Virus record (IMG/VR): IMGVR_UViG_2721755676_000008
Span: 1-40,917 of that record
DNA from: a virus
Lineage: Duplodnaviria > Heunggongvirae > Uroviricota > Caudoviricetes
Length of the DNA: 40,917 nucleotides
Direction: 5' to 3' (one strand)
Part shown: piece after piece, positions 10,620 to 20,569 of the stretch
Layout: every line of letters begins with the position of its first letter
Position numbering within the stretch: position 1 is the stretch's first letter
The notes under the pieces: model-generated
Seen by the model: only the letters and a program-made list of their open reading frames with translations
The model's database searches: none
What the model was told of the DNA's origin: nothing
Program-made: the position numbers and the translations under genes

Positions 10620-13600
10620 TACCGATATGCTCCACTTAACCGACCACCATCACGGGCCTGCTGTTGCATAAAGTCCGCTGCCGCTTTTTTCCCAAGGTCA
10701 TAAACCACCTTCAGGGCAGCCGGACCTATCTGCCCGTTCGTGCCATCGTTATTGATCTCAATGTTGTACTGCGGGGCAAACATCGCCATACCTGAACCAC
10801 CAATATCCGCCACAACCCCCAGCTTACCGTCAGCACCACGACGCAGTGGCAGAATGGCTTCAGGCCCAGCTTCCCCCATCACACCTGCACCTTTTGCAAA
10901 AGCAAAAAACGTCGGACGGTTAACCACCGTGCCACTGTAGCGACTCAAATCAGCAGACTGATAAACACCACCATCAGCATTGGGCGTCACACTGGCAGTT
11001 GCTGCACTCCCCCAGCCAAACGCCGAACCAATCCCCTTAACTGCCTGCATCATGGACATCTGAGCCATGATTTTTGCCAGATCAGAAAGGAGCGAGGCGG
11101 TAAAAGATTTGAAGTTCAGTTTTCCGGTGGTACAGAATGTTGCCAGTGCATTACCTGCACTATTAAATGCCGCTGTAAGCATCTGCTCCGCAGTGCCTGC
11201 CGCATTATCCGCATCTGCCGTGAAATTCTGAAACGCCCGCATGGCACCGTTTTTCCAGTTACCCTGAGCAATTTCAAGCTGTTGCCAGTAACGGCGATTC
11301 TCATTCAGTTGCCTGTTCAGGCTCTCCGTCAGCGCCTGCTCGGCCTTTCTGTAGTCATCCGTGTTATATGTCCCTTTCTGCTCACTATCCCGCCTCAACT
11401 GCTCCAGCTGTTGCTGGTATTTCTGGCGAAGACTCAGTTGTACCTGATATCGCTGCCGCTGCTGATCACCCATACCCACCGTGGCGATATCCAGGTCATG
11501 TTGCTGATGCTGAGAGCGCTCTTCTTCAGCCAGTTGACTGGTCAGCTGAATTGTTTTTTTCTTCAGATCGTTGAGTGCCGTCTGTTTCTGAAGCTCCTGC
11601 TGTTTTACATCCAACAGCGTCAGTGCCTGAATCAGTTCATCTTTACGGGCCAGCACACTCTTTTCATCTGCCGTCAGTTTTTTCCCGTCCAGATCGCTGA
11701 TGCGCTGCTGCAGAGCCAGAAGCTGTTTATGCGCTTCTGTCATCCTGTCAGTGGCAATGCCAGCTGACTGTCTTGCAGCAGCAATCTGTCCTTCCACCTG
11801 TGCCTGTTGCTGACTGTACTGCAGCAATAACCGGGTGGCCTCATCATTACGGGTTTCGCGTGTTTTTTTCTTACCGGATGCCAGGGCTTTCTCGTAACGT
11901 TCATTTTCACGTTGTATCGCCGCATCCCTGACAGCCTGGTCGGCGTACTGCATGGCATTAATACGCGCAATTTCACGCTGATGTCGTGCTGCTTCCGTTT
12001 CATTCATCCGGTTCAGTGCAGCATTTTCAGCATTACGTCGTTTCTGTTGCTCCTGATAATTCCGCTCTGCCTGCTCTTTTGCATCCTGCAAATCCTTCTG
12101 GCGTTTTTTCTCCTGAAGATCGTTAAGACGCTGCTGATCGTATTCAACCTGAGAAGATGATGCCGTCCAGGGGAGTCTTTTCGCCCGCGACACTTTCTCC
12201 TGTAAAGTGGCAATCTGTTCATCCAGCGAGTCTTCACGACCAATATTCATGGCCGCATCCCAGAAACGACTCCATAAATCAGACAGATACTTCAGCGTAC
12301 TGCCAAGCGCATTGAGGTTATTATCAATATCCGCAGTACGCCGACCGGTTTCCTCTGCCAGTGCAGACATGGCTATCCGTGCAGCATCACTGGACCGTCC
12401 CTGCTCCCCAAGGACGCGTATCTGCTCAAGCTGAGTGGCAGTAAGAAAATGCAGCTCATTGTCCAGAGCCTTCGCGGCATTTACAGGATCATCCTTCAGC
12501 CGCTTAAACTGATTTATGGTATCGCTGACCGACTGGCCAACCGATCGCTCCATCTGTGCGGCAGCTCTCGCCACCATACCGATATCGTTTCCACGAAATG
12601 CACCACTACCCACCACCTGAGCCAGCGCACCGGCTGCAGCATGTTGCGTGATACCATTCCCGGAAATAGCACGACTGAGCGTCCACAGCTGCCCGGCAGT
12701 GACTCCGGCATAATGCCCCGTCAGCGACAGCTGGCGGTTAAATTCTTCCCCCTCCTTCTGACCGTCATACCAGGCTTTACCCAGACCATAGACAGCCGCG
12801 GCAATACCGCCAATAACCCCGCCAAGCATCATGCCTTTCGGTGACATCAGTGTGTCTATCCACCCGGCACGGTTAGCCAGCGTTATCCCGGATCCCCTCA
12901 GCGCACCTAAATTGCCGCGGGCCAGTTCACCTATCAGAACGCCTATCTCCTGGCGGGCCGCTGCACTTTTCAGACCCAGCGAATGCGTGGCTTTTCCTGC
13001 CTGCTCCATTTTGCGGATATACACTTCTGCAGCACTGCTTACCCCCAGTTGGGCAGCCTTAGCACGAAGCAACTCAGAAGAAGAAAGATTCTGGCGGGTT
13101 GCCTGCTCTTTAAGCTGACGGATAAACGCCACTTTCTGTCGGGTAGCCTCTTCCTCAGCCTGTGTAAGAACACGGGTTTTCGCAGTAACCTCAGAAATCA
13201 GCGCCAGATAATCCTGCTGACCAATCCCGCCACTGTTTCTGGCCTGTCGGATCTGCTGCTGAATACGCTGTAATTCCTGCAGCCCCGCACTGGCCTGTTT
13301 CACACTGTCAATCTGACGATAAAACGCAGCAGCCGCTTTATCCTGAGCCTCCGCCAGAGCCATGGCCTGCGCCTGTTCCTCGCGCATTTTCTGGCTCAGC
13401 GCCTCCATGCGCTGGCGGGTTTTCTCCACCTCGCGGGCCATGCGTTCATGAGCCTGTGCGTTCTTCTCCACCGTCTGCGCATGGACGGATGCGGCTGTTG
13501 CAGCCGAAGAAGCCGCCTGCGTTGTCTGCCGGGCGGCCTGAGTCTGACGCTCCATAAAACGCTGCATACGGGCAGAAGACCGTTCTGCATCGCTGGCTGC

Positions 13601-13723
13601 ACCATTCAGAAGGTTTTTGATACGGGGGATTTCATTTTTAAACTCTGCCGCATCAATCCCCAAATCAATGACCAGGTTGGCTATCTGGTCCATAACGCAC
13701 ACCTCCGGAAATACCTTCCCCAA
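10619..13723 (-). CDS. H: Tail tape measure protein H
   Basis: 1034-aa ORF, coiled-coil-rich (Q/E/R/A-rich) with a glycine-rich hydrophobic segment, located between G-T and M; the called 5' end overlaps T so the true start may be internal. Confidence 0.85.
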   Translation of the reverse strand: MGKVFPEVCVMDQIANLVIDLGIDAAEFKNEIPRIKNLLNGAASDAERSSARMQRFMERQTQAARQTTQAASSAATAASVHAQTVEKNAQAHERMAREVEKTRQRMEALSQKMREEQAQAMALAEAQDKAAAAFYRQIDSVKQASAGLQELQRIQQQIRQARNSGGIGQQDYLALISEVTAKTRVLTQAEEEATRQKVAFIRQLKEQATRQNLSSSELLRAKAAQLGVSSAAEVYIRKMEQAGKATHSLGLKSAAARQEIGVLIGELARGNLGALRGSGITLANRAGWIDTLMSPKGMMLGGVIGGIAAAVYGLGKAWYDGQKEGEEFNRQLSLTGHYAGVTAGQLWTLSRAISGNGITQHAAAGALAQVVGSGAFRGNDIGMVARAAAQMERSVGQSVSDTINQFKRLKDDPVNAAKALDNELHFLTATQLEQIRVLGEQGRSSDAARIAMSALAEETGRRTADIDNNLNALGSTLKYLSDLWSRFWDAAMNIGREDSLDEQIATLQEKVSRAKRLPWTASSSQVEYDQQRLNDLQEKKRQKDLQDAKEQAERNYQEQQKRRNAENAALNRMNETEAARHQREIARINAMQYADQAVRDAAIQRENERYEKALASGKKKTRETRNDEATRLLLQYSQQQAQVEGQIAAARQSAGIATDRMTEAHKQLLALQQRISDLDGKKLTADEKSVLARKDELIQALTLLDVKQQELQKQTALNDLKKKTIQLTSQLAEEERSQHQQHDLDIATVGMGDQQRQRYQVQLSLRQKYQQQLEQLRRDSEQKGTYNTDDYRKAEQALTESLNRQLNENRRYWQQLEIAQGNWKNGAMRAFQNFTADADNAAGTAEQMLTAAFNSAGNALATFCTTGKLNFKSFTASLLSDLAKIMAQMSMMQAVKGIGSAFGWGSAATASVTPNADGGVYQSADLSRYSGTVVNRPTFFAFAKGAGVMGEAGPEAILPLRRGADGKLGVVADIGGSGMAMFAPQYNIEINNDGTNGQIGPAALKVVYDLGKKAAADFMQQQARDGGRLSGAYR

Positions 13724-13994
13724 GATGCATCAGTTCTTCGTCCGTTCGCTCCGGTATCCCGTTCTCTTCCGGTAAAAGGCTGAAATCAGCCACCGCAGCA
13801 TCACTGCTGCCGGACACCATTCTCACGATCAATGCCTTCAGCGAGGCAAACTGCGCATCCATCCACACATCACTGAAGCTCTGCATCCGGAAATAATCGC
13901 CCCACTCACCAAGCTCAGTGGCCGACATTTCCGACAGCATCCGCCGCCAGTCTGCCCGCCGGAACTCCCGGGCAAGCCGCATGACAAACTGCAT
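13665..13994 (-). CDS. T: Tail assembly chaperone T segment (expected to be expressed as a G-T fusion by -1 frameshifting)
   Basis: 109-aa ORF in the -1 frame relative to G and open upstream into the 3' end of G; arrangement identical to lambda G/G-T. Confidence 0.6.
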   Translation of the reverse strand: MQFVMRLAREFRRADWRRMLSEMSATELGEWGDYFRMQSFSDVWMDAQFASLKALIVRMVSGSSDAAVADFSLLPEENGIPERTDEELMHLGEGISGGVRYGPDSQPGH

Positions 13995-14002
13995 TTCCCG
14001 CG

Positions 14003-14392
14003 TCAGGACTTTTCCGGCGTCAGCACCTCATGCTCCAAATCCCCGGCATTCTCAATGGCTCCCATACCGCTCAGCGACAGAACCATCTCCGCCCCCGCTC
14101 CCAGGGCATCATACGACCATGTTGTAATAACGGATGCGCAAAGCGTCTCAACATCCTGAGACTGTTCCGCATTCCACAGTGAGCGGGAAACCAGCCAGGC
14201 ATTGATATCCATCCCCATCCGCAGAAAAGCAATCTGTCGTTCAGCCTCCGGCAGTTCTCCCTCTTCGGCATCAAACTTTGCCGTTCGCTGCTGAACAAAC
14301 GCCAGATATTCAATTCTCTGCAGCCCGGACAGCTCACTGAGCACCACGGACTGCTTTTCATAATTAAACGTGCCCTGTTTCAGAAACATCAT
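14003..14392 (-). CDS. G: Tail assembly chaperone G
   Basis: ORF 14003-14431; likely start at ATGATG (14392/14389) preceded by GGAGA; product begins MMFLKQGTF... resembling lambda gpG. Confidence 0.75.
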   Translation of the reverse strand: MMFLKQGTFNYEKQSVVLSELSGLQRIEYLAFVQQRTAKFDAEEGELPEAERQIAFLRMGMDINAWLVSRSLWNAEQSQDVETLCASVITTWSYDALGAGAEMVLSLSGMGAIENAGDLEHEVLTPEKS

Positions 14393-14405
14393 GTTCTCCA
14401 CCTGC

Positions 14406-14429
14406 AAAAAAGCCCCGGATAACCGGGGC
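14406..14429 (-). terminator. Terminator/attenuator hairpin downstream of the major tail gene V
   Basis: gccccgg-ataa-ccggggc hairpin with adjacent A-run on the plus strand (U-run on the minus strand), between the V stop and the G start. Confidence 0.5.
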
Positions 14430-14449
14430 AAATGATGAGTATCGTCCTG

Positions 14450-15199
14450 TTAACCTGCGGCGCTGACAGCCACCGCAGCCACTGCCACAAAATCGCCGTC
14501 AGAAGTCATGCCCACAATGCTGACACTGCCCTGCTTCACGCCTTTCACCGTGGCCACAAGCCCGTTCAGGGTCACCGTGGCAGTCTGTGGATCTGTCGAA
14601 TGCACACTGATCGCTTTGTCACTGGCTCCGTCAGGTTTTACTGTAAAGGTCAGCGTGGTGGTTGCTCCCACTTTTACACTGGCAGATGCCGGTGCCACCG
14701 TCAGCCCGGTAACGCTCACTGTTTCAGTGCCTTCCTCTGCCAGATACGGACGCCCCACACCGCTGATTTTCACTGTGCGGGTCATCACGTCTTTTGAGGC
14801 AATGGTTTTACCCAGTGAGCTCAGCCAGCCACGGAAAACATCAACAGTGCCGTTGGGATATTTGATACGAAACGCGCAGACTTCACCGGAGTCGAACAAC
14901 TGAACCAGTTTTTTCTGCCCGCTGTCACCCGGACGCCAGGCCAGCGTCGCCGAAGTATCACCGACGGATTTCTGCCCCTGGGTTGTCGTTTTCCAGTCTG
15001 CATCTTCATCATCGAGATAAGAGTCATCTTCTGCATCAGCGGTCATTTCGCCAGGTTGCAGATCCTTCACCATCGCAAGACGCAGCCAGTCAGTGTCCGA
15101 TAAAGGGTTCGCAAACGCATCGCCCTTGCCGGTGTACATCCAGAACGTCGTTCCCGCACCTTTCGTTTTTGCCAGTGGATTTGGTGTGGTCATTGCCAC
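14450..15199 (-). CDS. V: Major tail protein V (with C-terminal Ig-like domain)
   Basis: 249-aa ORF, lambda gpV-like, positioned between U and G. Confidence 0.85.
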   Translation of the reverse strand: MAMTTPNPLAKTKGAGTTFWMYTGKGDAFANPLSDTDWLRLAMVKDLQPGEMTADAEDDSYLDDEDADWKTTTQGQKSVGDTSATLAWRPGDSGQKKLVQLFDSGEVCAFRIKYPNGTVDVFRGWLSSLGKTIASKDVMTRTVKISGVGRPYLAEEGTETVSVTGLTVAPASASVKVGATTTLTFTVKPDGASDKAISVHSTDPQTATVTLNGLVATVKGVKQGSVSIVGMTSDGDFVAVAAVAVSAAG

Positions 15200-15204
15200 C
15201 TCCT

Positions 15205-15618
15205 TTAATTCGTGTACGTGATCTGGTACGTGATTTCCGCCATCGCCCAGGTGGCCATCTCATTATCACGTTGATAGTTAAAACCGAGAGGGATCAGGGT
15301 GTCGATGAGTCCGGAAAGTGCCGGTATATCATTCAGGGCCGGGAAAATGGTGCTCTCCATCCACATATCCAGCTCTGAATCCGGTGCCTGTGCCCGGATG
15401 AAGACAGCAATATGCAGAACAGCCTGCCAGTCATCTTCATCCGTCATTTTTCCGGTGTACTGAGCATCACTCAGCCACACCGCCACGGCAGGCAGTTCCT
15501 GCGCATCAATAAATGCCGGAAGCCCGTCAAAAAACGTGGCGCTGTCTCCACACTGTTCCCGAAGGCGTGCCAGTACGGCCTGGCGGATTTGTGTATGTCG
15601 GTTCATCGGGTCAGCCAT
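15205..15618 (-). CDS. U: Tail terminator protein U
   Basis: 137-aa ORF between Z and V, lambda gpU-like. Confidence 0.8.
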   Translation of the reverse strand: MADPMNRHTQIRQAVLARLREQCGDSATFFDGLPAFIDAQELPAVAVWLSDAQYTGKMTDEDDWQAVLHIAVFIRAQAPDSELDMWMESTIFPALNDIPALSGLIDTLIPLGFNYQRDNEMATWAMAEITYQITYTN

Positions 15619-16181
15619 AACCTCAGTTGTTGTTTCAGTGCATACCCCAGCTGTTTCGGCATTTCCGCAGCAATGATGCGGTCGCGGGCATCTTCAAATG
15701 CCTGTGTCAGCGGTCCGGAAAGCGGGATTTTCACCACATCAATGGGGTAACGATTTTTGCCATCAATACGCCGCATCACATGCCAGCGACCATTCGCCAG
15801 TTGCTGAATAAACGCATCCCGGAAAAGATATTTACCCACCTTCAGCACACTGCCACGGTACTGCAGTTTTCCACCACGCCGGGCCAGTCTGACCCGGGCT
15901 GTCCCCAGCTTAATGGCGGGCAGATTGCCCCGGTTAACGCGGATCCTGGCCGTCATTTTTCCTGACGGACTGGCTTTAAACACCCGGACACGCTGACGTA
16001 CCAGTTTCAGGGGGATCCCTTTCACCTGGTTATCTCCCGCAACGGTATTCCCGGCAACCTGCCGGGTGGCAACCGAGACCGCTTTCTGTGCCACACGGTT
16101 TATCGCCCATGCGCTGGCCTGTGGCACCATACGGGTATCAAGGCTGTTCAGATTGCGGATGGCATTCTCAAGCCCCTTCAT
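15603..16181 (-). CDS. Z: Tail completion protein Z
   Basis: 192-aa ORF, lambda gpZ-like, overlapping the U start. Confidence 0.8.
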   Translation of the reverse strand: MKGLENAIRNLNSLDTRMVPQASAWAINRVAQKAVSVATRQVAGNTVAGDNQVKGIPLKLVRQRVRVFKASPSGKMTARIRVNRGNLPAIKLGTARVRLARRGGKLQYRGSVLKVGKYLFRDAFIQQLANGRWHVMRRIDGKNRYPIDVVKIPLSGPLTQAFEDARDRIIAAEMPKQLGYALKQQLRLWLTR

Positions 16182-16192
16182 CCCACACCTCT

Positions 16193-16468
16193 TTACTCAA
16201 TAAAGATCATTGGCTTACCGTTAAAGCGTTCATGCCGTGTGACCGTCCATTGTTGTCCGTCATAAACAACGCGATCCCCGCGCCGTGGGCGGTATCCCGA
16301 AGAAAACACCACCAGAGAGACCGCAGGTCCGGACAGGGCATTCAGCTCTGCCAGTGTTTCTCCCGGGATCACGGTCATATCGACATCATTAATCGAGGCT
16401 GTCTTTCCCATCTTTCTGACCGTGATAGCATCCATACGCGCTGCCAGCCGGGAAAAGGGATCAGACAT
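16193..16468 (-). CDS. Head-tail attachment protein (FII-like)
   Basis: 91-aa ORF in the lambda FII position, immediately upstream of Z; assignment by position and size. Confidence 0.5.
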   Translation of the reverse strand: MSDPFSRLAARMDAITVRKMGKTASINDVDMTVIPGETLAELNALSGPAVSLVVFSSGYRPRRGDRVVYDGQQWTVTRHERFNGKPMIFIE

Positions 16469-16784
16469 TGAGTTTTACCGGCACTTCTTCTGCACTGGTT
16501 CCGGCATCTGCCCAGACAACCCCGACCAGCGGATCAGAGCCGCTGTTAGTCAGCTGAACTTTTCCGGACTTCAGATAAACCTTCTTACCCGTTTTCATGT
16601 CATCCGTTTTCAGCTTAGGCAGCATAAACACACCTTCGGTCATACCGTCGCCTGTTTCACCTTGTGGAATATCGGTCAGCGCCACCGCAAAAACATCACC
16701 CACCTGCACCAGATCTCCGCTGCTGATGGCTGCACTGGCAACAATCGCCACCGTTTTTCCTTCTTCTACAAAATTCTTTGCCAT
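16461..16784 (-). CDS. Small head-associated protein (DUF2190-like; FI/D position)
   Basis: ORF 16461-16829; probable start at ATG 16784 (MAKNFVEEGK...) preceded by GGAGA; lies between the capsid gene and the FII-like gene. Confidence 0.45.
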   Translation of the reverse strand: MAKNFVEEGKTVAIVASAAISSGDLVQVGDVFAVALTDIPQGETGDGMTEGVFMLPKLKTDDMKTGKKVYLKSGKVQLTNSGSDPLVGVVWADAGTSAEEVPVKLNV

Positions 16785-16826
16785 AACTGTCTCCACACAG
16801 CCCCGTTCAGGGGCTGATTTCAGGTA

Positions 16827-16847
16827 CAAAAAAAGCCCTTACGGGCC
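16827..16847 (-). terminator. Terminator-like hairpin just downstream of the capsid gene
   Basis: agccc-ttac-gggc hairpin with A8 on the plus strand (U-run on the minus strand) directly after the capsid stop; a second small hairpin ccccgttcagggg at 16801-16813. Confidence 0.45.
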
Positions 16848-16870
16848 ATCAGAGTTGTTGTCTGCGATGT

Positions 16871-18829
16871 TTACGCCGTACATTTCACCAGACCGCGGTG
16901 ATCAACTGGCGCGACACCGGCGTCAATACGCACTTTCGTTGTCACGCCATCCACACTGAAGCCCTCCATCTGATCAATATATGGCGTATCCACACCGTTG
17001 AGATAAGCCACTTCAATCGTATCGGAGCCTTTTGACGCAGCCAGGTAGAAGGTGGTCTGGCTGTTATCATCAAGACGAGGCTCTGCAATAACGGTCGCAA
17101 AATCTTTCACCGGGTTAATAATACCGGCGTTAATGTCAGCCCCCTTGACACTTGAGGAGCGAATGACCTGGTTAGCAACAGACTCCATCGCCGTCGGTAC
17201 CAGTACGAACGCAGGACGAATATTCAGATGACGCTCCCCCTCTTTCTGAACACGCATCAACTGGCGGGCTTTATCCAGCGATGCCACGTCCATTGCAGCG
17301 CCCTCCAGTACGTTTGCATGTTTCGCTTTATCGAACAGACTTACATTATCTGTGGAGATTTTCGGGTTAGACGTCAGAATGGCATAAACCAGATCGGCAA
17401 TAGTGGATTTCGCCGCACGGCCCAGCTTCATCGGGACATCGGTCAGCATATTCAGATCATCATTGATAATGGCCTGACGGGTGATACTGAACAGCTCGCC
17501 ATAGGTCGCCAGTGCAATAGTGGCCTGTTTATCTCCGGTGGTGACGTATTTATATTCCGCCCCTTCACGCACCTGACGCAGAGCACTGAAGCCCCCCATA
17601 CCCACGCGATGGGTAATTTTAAAATCAGACAACTGACCTTTCCGCGTCCACTGTTCATAGGTTTCAGGGGCATCCTCCCAGCCCTGCAGAATGGCTTTGT
17701 TCGCAACATCCAGCAGAATATTACCGAAGTCAGACGTACTGTGTGTGAACGCCGCACCGACCATCTGCATCGGGTTATAACCGGAAACCCCAATACCCCG
17801 TTCAGTCAGTGACATACGGGCATATTCACGCAGGGTCATCCCGTTGTAGACATTATCACGCTCGGTTTTTTCAAATCCGGCACGCGCCATCAGCGCCTGG
17901 CGGATCCCGTCCCCCACAAAATTACCGTTACCGGCATAAATATGAGCCGGGGTATTTTTATTGGATGGCGTGGACTCGCGCCCCATCTCGTTCAACAGCT
18001 TTTCGCGGGCCTGCTCCAGCGAACATTCAGGATCGGCAAGACACTGAGCCTGCAGCGTCTGATAACGCCCGCCAAACATGGCAAACAGATCATTAATACC
18101 GTTTACACGCGCTTTTTGCTCTGCCAGTACCTGCGCACGGATACTGTTTTCATCCACCACGGGTGCTGCTGCCTGCACTGGCGTCCGGGAGGCTGCAGGT
18201 TCATTATCCTGTACGCGTGGAGCACTGTTGCGTGGCGGAGTAATCATGTTTCGAATGGATTCCGGCATCTTTTTAAATTCCTCTGTACGTTTTGACTGAA
18301 TACATGCCATTGCCTTAACGGCTGGCGTCACCTGATCAGCAAATCCATGTGCCAGACATTCGGCACCGGACATCCAGGTCTCATCCGCCAGCATGGCAGC
18401 AATTTCATCGGTAGTTTTCCCGGTTTTCTGTGCATAAGCGGGTAACAGAACCGCCTCAACCTTATCGAGCAGGTCGGCATAGGTGCGCATGTCCTCCGCA
18501 TCACCGCCCGTAAAGCCAAATGGTTTATGAATCATCATGAAGGTGTTTTCCGGCATAATGACCGGGTTTCCCACCATCGCAATGACCGACGCCATTGACG
18601 CCGCCACACCGTCGACATAAACGGTAATGGACGCACCATGTGTTTTCAGCGCATTAAAAATGGCGATGCCTTCAAAGACATCGCCACCCGGTGAATTGAT
18701 ATGGAGATTAATGTGGGTGATATCGCCCAGTGCATTCAGATCACTGATAAACTGCTTCGCTGTAACACCCCAGAAACCAATCTCGTCATAAATATAAATA
18801 TCCGCGTCACTCTGGTGACCAGCCTGCAT
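16871..18829 (-). CDS. Prohead protease (ClpP/S49-like) fused to an HK97-fold major capsid protein
   Basis: ORF 16871-19090 (739 aa) but the probable start is ATG 18829 just after the portal stop; N-terminal part has protease-like motifs (INSPGGDV, HKPFG), C-terminal ~400 aa looks like a major capsid protein. Confidence 0.75.
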   Translation of the reverse strand: MQAGHQSDADIYIYDEIGFWGVTAKQFISDLNALGDITHINLHINSPGGDVFEGIAIFNALKTHGASITVYVDGVAASMASVIAMVGNPVIMPENTFMMIHKPFGFTGGDAEDMRTYADLLDKVEAVLLPAYAQKTGKTTDEIAAMLADETWMSGAECLAHGFADQVTPAVKAMACIQSKRTEEFKKMPESIRNMITPPRNSAPRVQDNEPAASRTPVQAAAPVVDENSIRAQVLAEQKARVNGINDLFAMFGGRYQTLQAQCLADPECSLEQAREKLLNEMGRESTPSNKNTPAHIYAGNGNFVGDGIRQALMARAGFEKTERDNVYNGMTLREYARMSLTERGIGVSGYNPMQMVGAAFTHSTSDFGNILLDVANKAILQGWEDAPETYEQWTRKGQLSDFKITHRVGMGGFSALRQVREGAEYKYVTTGDKQATIALATYGELFSITRQAIINDDLNMLTDVPMKLGRAAKSTIADLVYAILTSNPKISTDNVSLFDKAKHANVLEGAAMDVASLDKARQLMRVQKEGERHLNIRPAFVLVPTAMESVANQVIRSSSVKGADINAGIINPVKDFATVIAEPRLDDNSQTTFYLAASKGSDTIEVAYLNGVDTPYIDQMEGFSVDGVTTKVRIDAGVAPVDHRGLVKCTA

Positions 18830-18842
18830 CCTGAACCAGGAA

Positions 18843-20351
18843 TTATTCTTCGGACTGGTCGTCGGTGTGCTGCGGCTCCTGTCGTTTCGTTGCGGCACTG
18901 CTGCCTCCTTTATCACTGGCCGGATCGGTATCAAATACCAGATCCAGCTTGCGGTTTTCATCAATTTCGGCCTTGCGCCGACGTTTGACATCATCCGGAT
19001 TACGACCACCTGCACGTACCCAGTCTGATTCTGTCGCTGCTCCACCACGAATCTGAATTTTCCAGGCCTCAGCCTCCTTAACAGGGTCAATCCACGGCAT
19101 CACCGGTCCGGAATACACCGCGGTATACAGTGAAGAACGGTCAAGATCGCGGGGTAGCCTGATAACACCGGATGCCACAGCCTGTTTCAGCCAGGCACGA
19201 TACATCGGGCGGGTGACAGCACCAATAAACCAGTCCTGCAGGATCAGGTAGCCATCAGTGGATTCAACCAGCTCCTGACGCTGGGCGCTGTAAGTGCCGT
19301 TATAGTTGCGCGCTGTACTGGAAAAACTCAGACGACTGCCCGCCGCCACGGCACGCAACTGACCATTACGAAAAGTTTCAAGGTTAGGATTGGGACGATC
19401 CGACTTCACCATTCCGATTTCTTCGCCGGGTTTCAGATCGTCGTAAATAATGCCTGGCTGAATGGTAAGCTCGCGTTCATTCTCCTTGCTGCCATTACCA
19501 TCCGGTTCATAGCTCTGCCCGTCGCCTTTGCGGATGTACATCCCCAGAGCAGCGGCGATCCTTGCTGCAGTCAGCTCATAATCTTCATAATCTTTCAGGG
19601 CACTGAGGCGGATCAGCACACCGGACAACAAAGACGTCCCGCGCATCTGGTGCAGACGGCGAACAAATTTAAGATGCAGCATTCGCTCTGCATCCACTTC
19701 TTTGGTTTCCATCTGCCGTCCGGATACGGGACGGCTTTTATACACCAGATATTTTTCGGGACGCCCCCAGTCATCAACAAACACGCCCTGATTCAGCCTG
19801 TTGCTCTCATCACTGGTCATGGGAATAAAGTCTGGCTCGAGCGCCTCCAGCCAGAAATGAACACCGGCAGAAGGCGTCAGGCTGTTTATGCGCCCGGAAA
19901 CCATCTGGGCAAACACCTCACCATCGCGCAGCCAGGTACGCAGCATCAGACGTTCCAGCATCGGACGGGTAAACTGCCCGGTGACTTCCGGACTGACAGA
20001 CCATTCACTCCATCGGGTGCGTATCTCCGCTGCCAGATCACGGGCAATGGCCCCATTGCGTAATACCGGATGTGGCTCGACAATAATCCCGTTTTTCCCC
20101 ACCACCCGTTCTTCCAGCTTGTCAAATACACCAATAACCAGATCGTGGTTGTTATCAAGGTAACGGGCCTGCTCACGTAACGACACGGCCCCGTACTGGC
20201 TTAACTGGTCGGCAGTTCGGTTTTCCCGCCGGGCTTTGTGTGTCCGTGTCGTTTTTACGGCCTCATAAGCCTGGATCACCGCACGGGAACGCAGCCTTGC
20301 CGCTTTCCATCCTGGTGAAAAAACGCCAATCACATCATCAAGAATTGCCAT
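18843..20351 (-). CDS. B: Portal protein (lambda gpB-like)
   Basis: ORF 18843-20423; probable start at ATG 20351 overlapping the W stop (MAILDDVIGVF...); size and position between W and the protease-capsid gene. Confidence 0.8.
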   Translation of the reverse strand: MAILDDVIGVFSPGWKAARLRSRAVIQAYEAVKTTRTHKARRENRTADQLSQYGAVSLREQARYLDNNHDLVIGVFDKLEERVVGKNGIIVEPHPVLRNGAIARDLAAEIRTRWSEWSVSPEVTGQFTRPMLERLMLRTWLRDGEVFAQMVSGRINSLTPSAGVHFWLEALEPDFIPMTSDESNRLNQGVFVDDWGRPEKYLVYKSRPVSGRQMETKEVDAERMLHLKFVRRLHQMRGTSLLSGVLIRLSALKDYEDYELTAARIAAALGMYIRKGDGQSYEPDGNGSKENERELTIQPGIIYDDLKPGEEIGMVKSDRPNPNLETFRNGQLRAVAAGSRLSFSSTARNYNGTYSAQRQELVESTDGYLILQDWFIGAVTRPMYRAWLKQAVASGVIRLPRDLDRSSLYTAVYSGPVMPWIDPVKEAEAWKIQIRGGAATESDWVRAGGRNPDDVKRRRKAEIDENRKLDLVFDTDPASDKGGSSAATKRQEPQHTDDQSEE

Positions 20352-20569
20352 CAGAACCTCGCCAGCCGGTACCCGGGATGCCCCCGTCGTCGTGTAATCA
20401 GAGCCGCAAGGCGGCGCTCCCACTCCTGCCGTCCCTGCCGGATCTCAGATAAGTTTTCCATGGTCATCTGCTGACCATTAAAGGTGACGGATTTTCCGTC
20501 CAGCACCGCCATTTCAGCTTCCATATAACGCTGAATCATGGCTTCGATATCATTCTGGTTCATAACCAT
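20351..20569 (-). CDS. W: Head-tail joining protein W
   Basis: 72-aa ORF between terminase large subunit and portal; gpW-like pattern ending ...RRRGHPGY. Confidence 0.7.
   Translation of the reverse strand: MVMNQNDIEAMIQRYMEAEMAVLDGKSVTFNGQQMTMENLSEIRQGRQEWERRLAALITRRRGHPGYRLARF

Noticed and set aside
11282-13273. Several 60-160-aa ORFs on both strands (for example 11282-11767, 12449-12844, 12983-13273)
   Set aside because: Embedded in or antisense to the tape measure gene H; Leu/Arg-rich low-complexity translations
17228-18299. Plus-strand ORFs 17228-17812, 17809-18096, 17942-18295
   Set aside because: Antisense to the protease-capsid gene; no independent support
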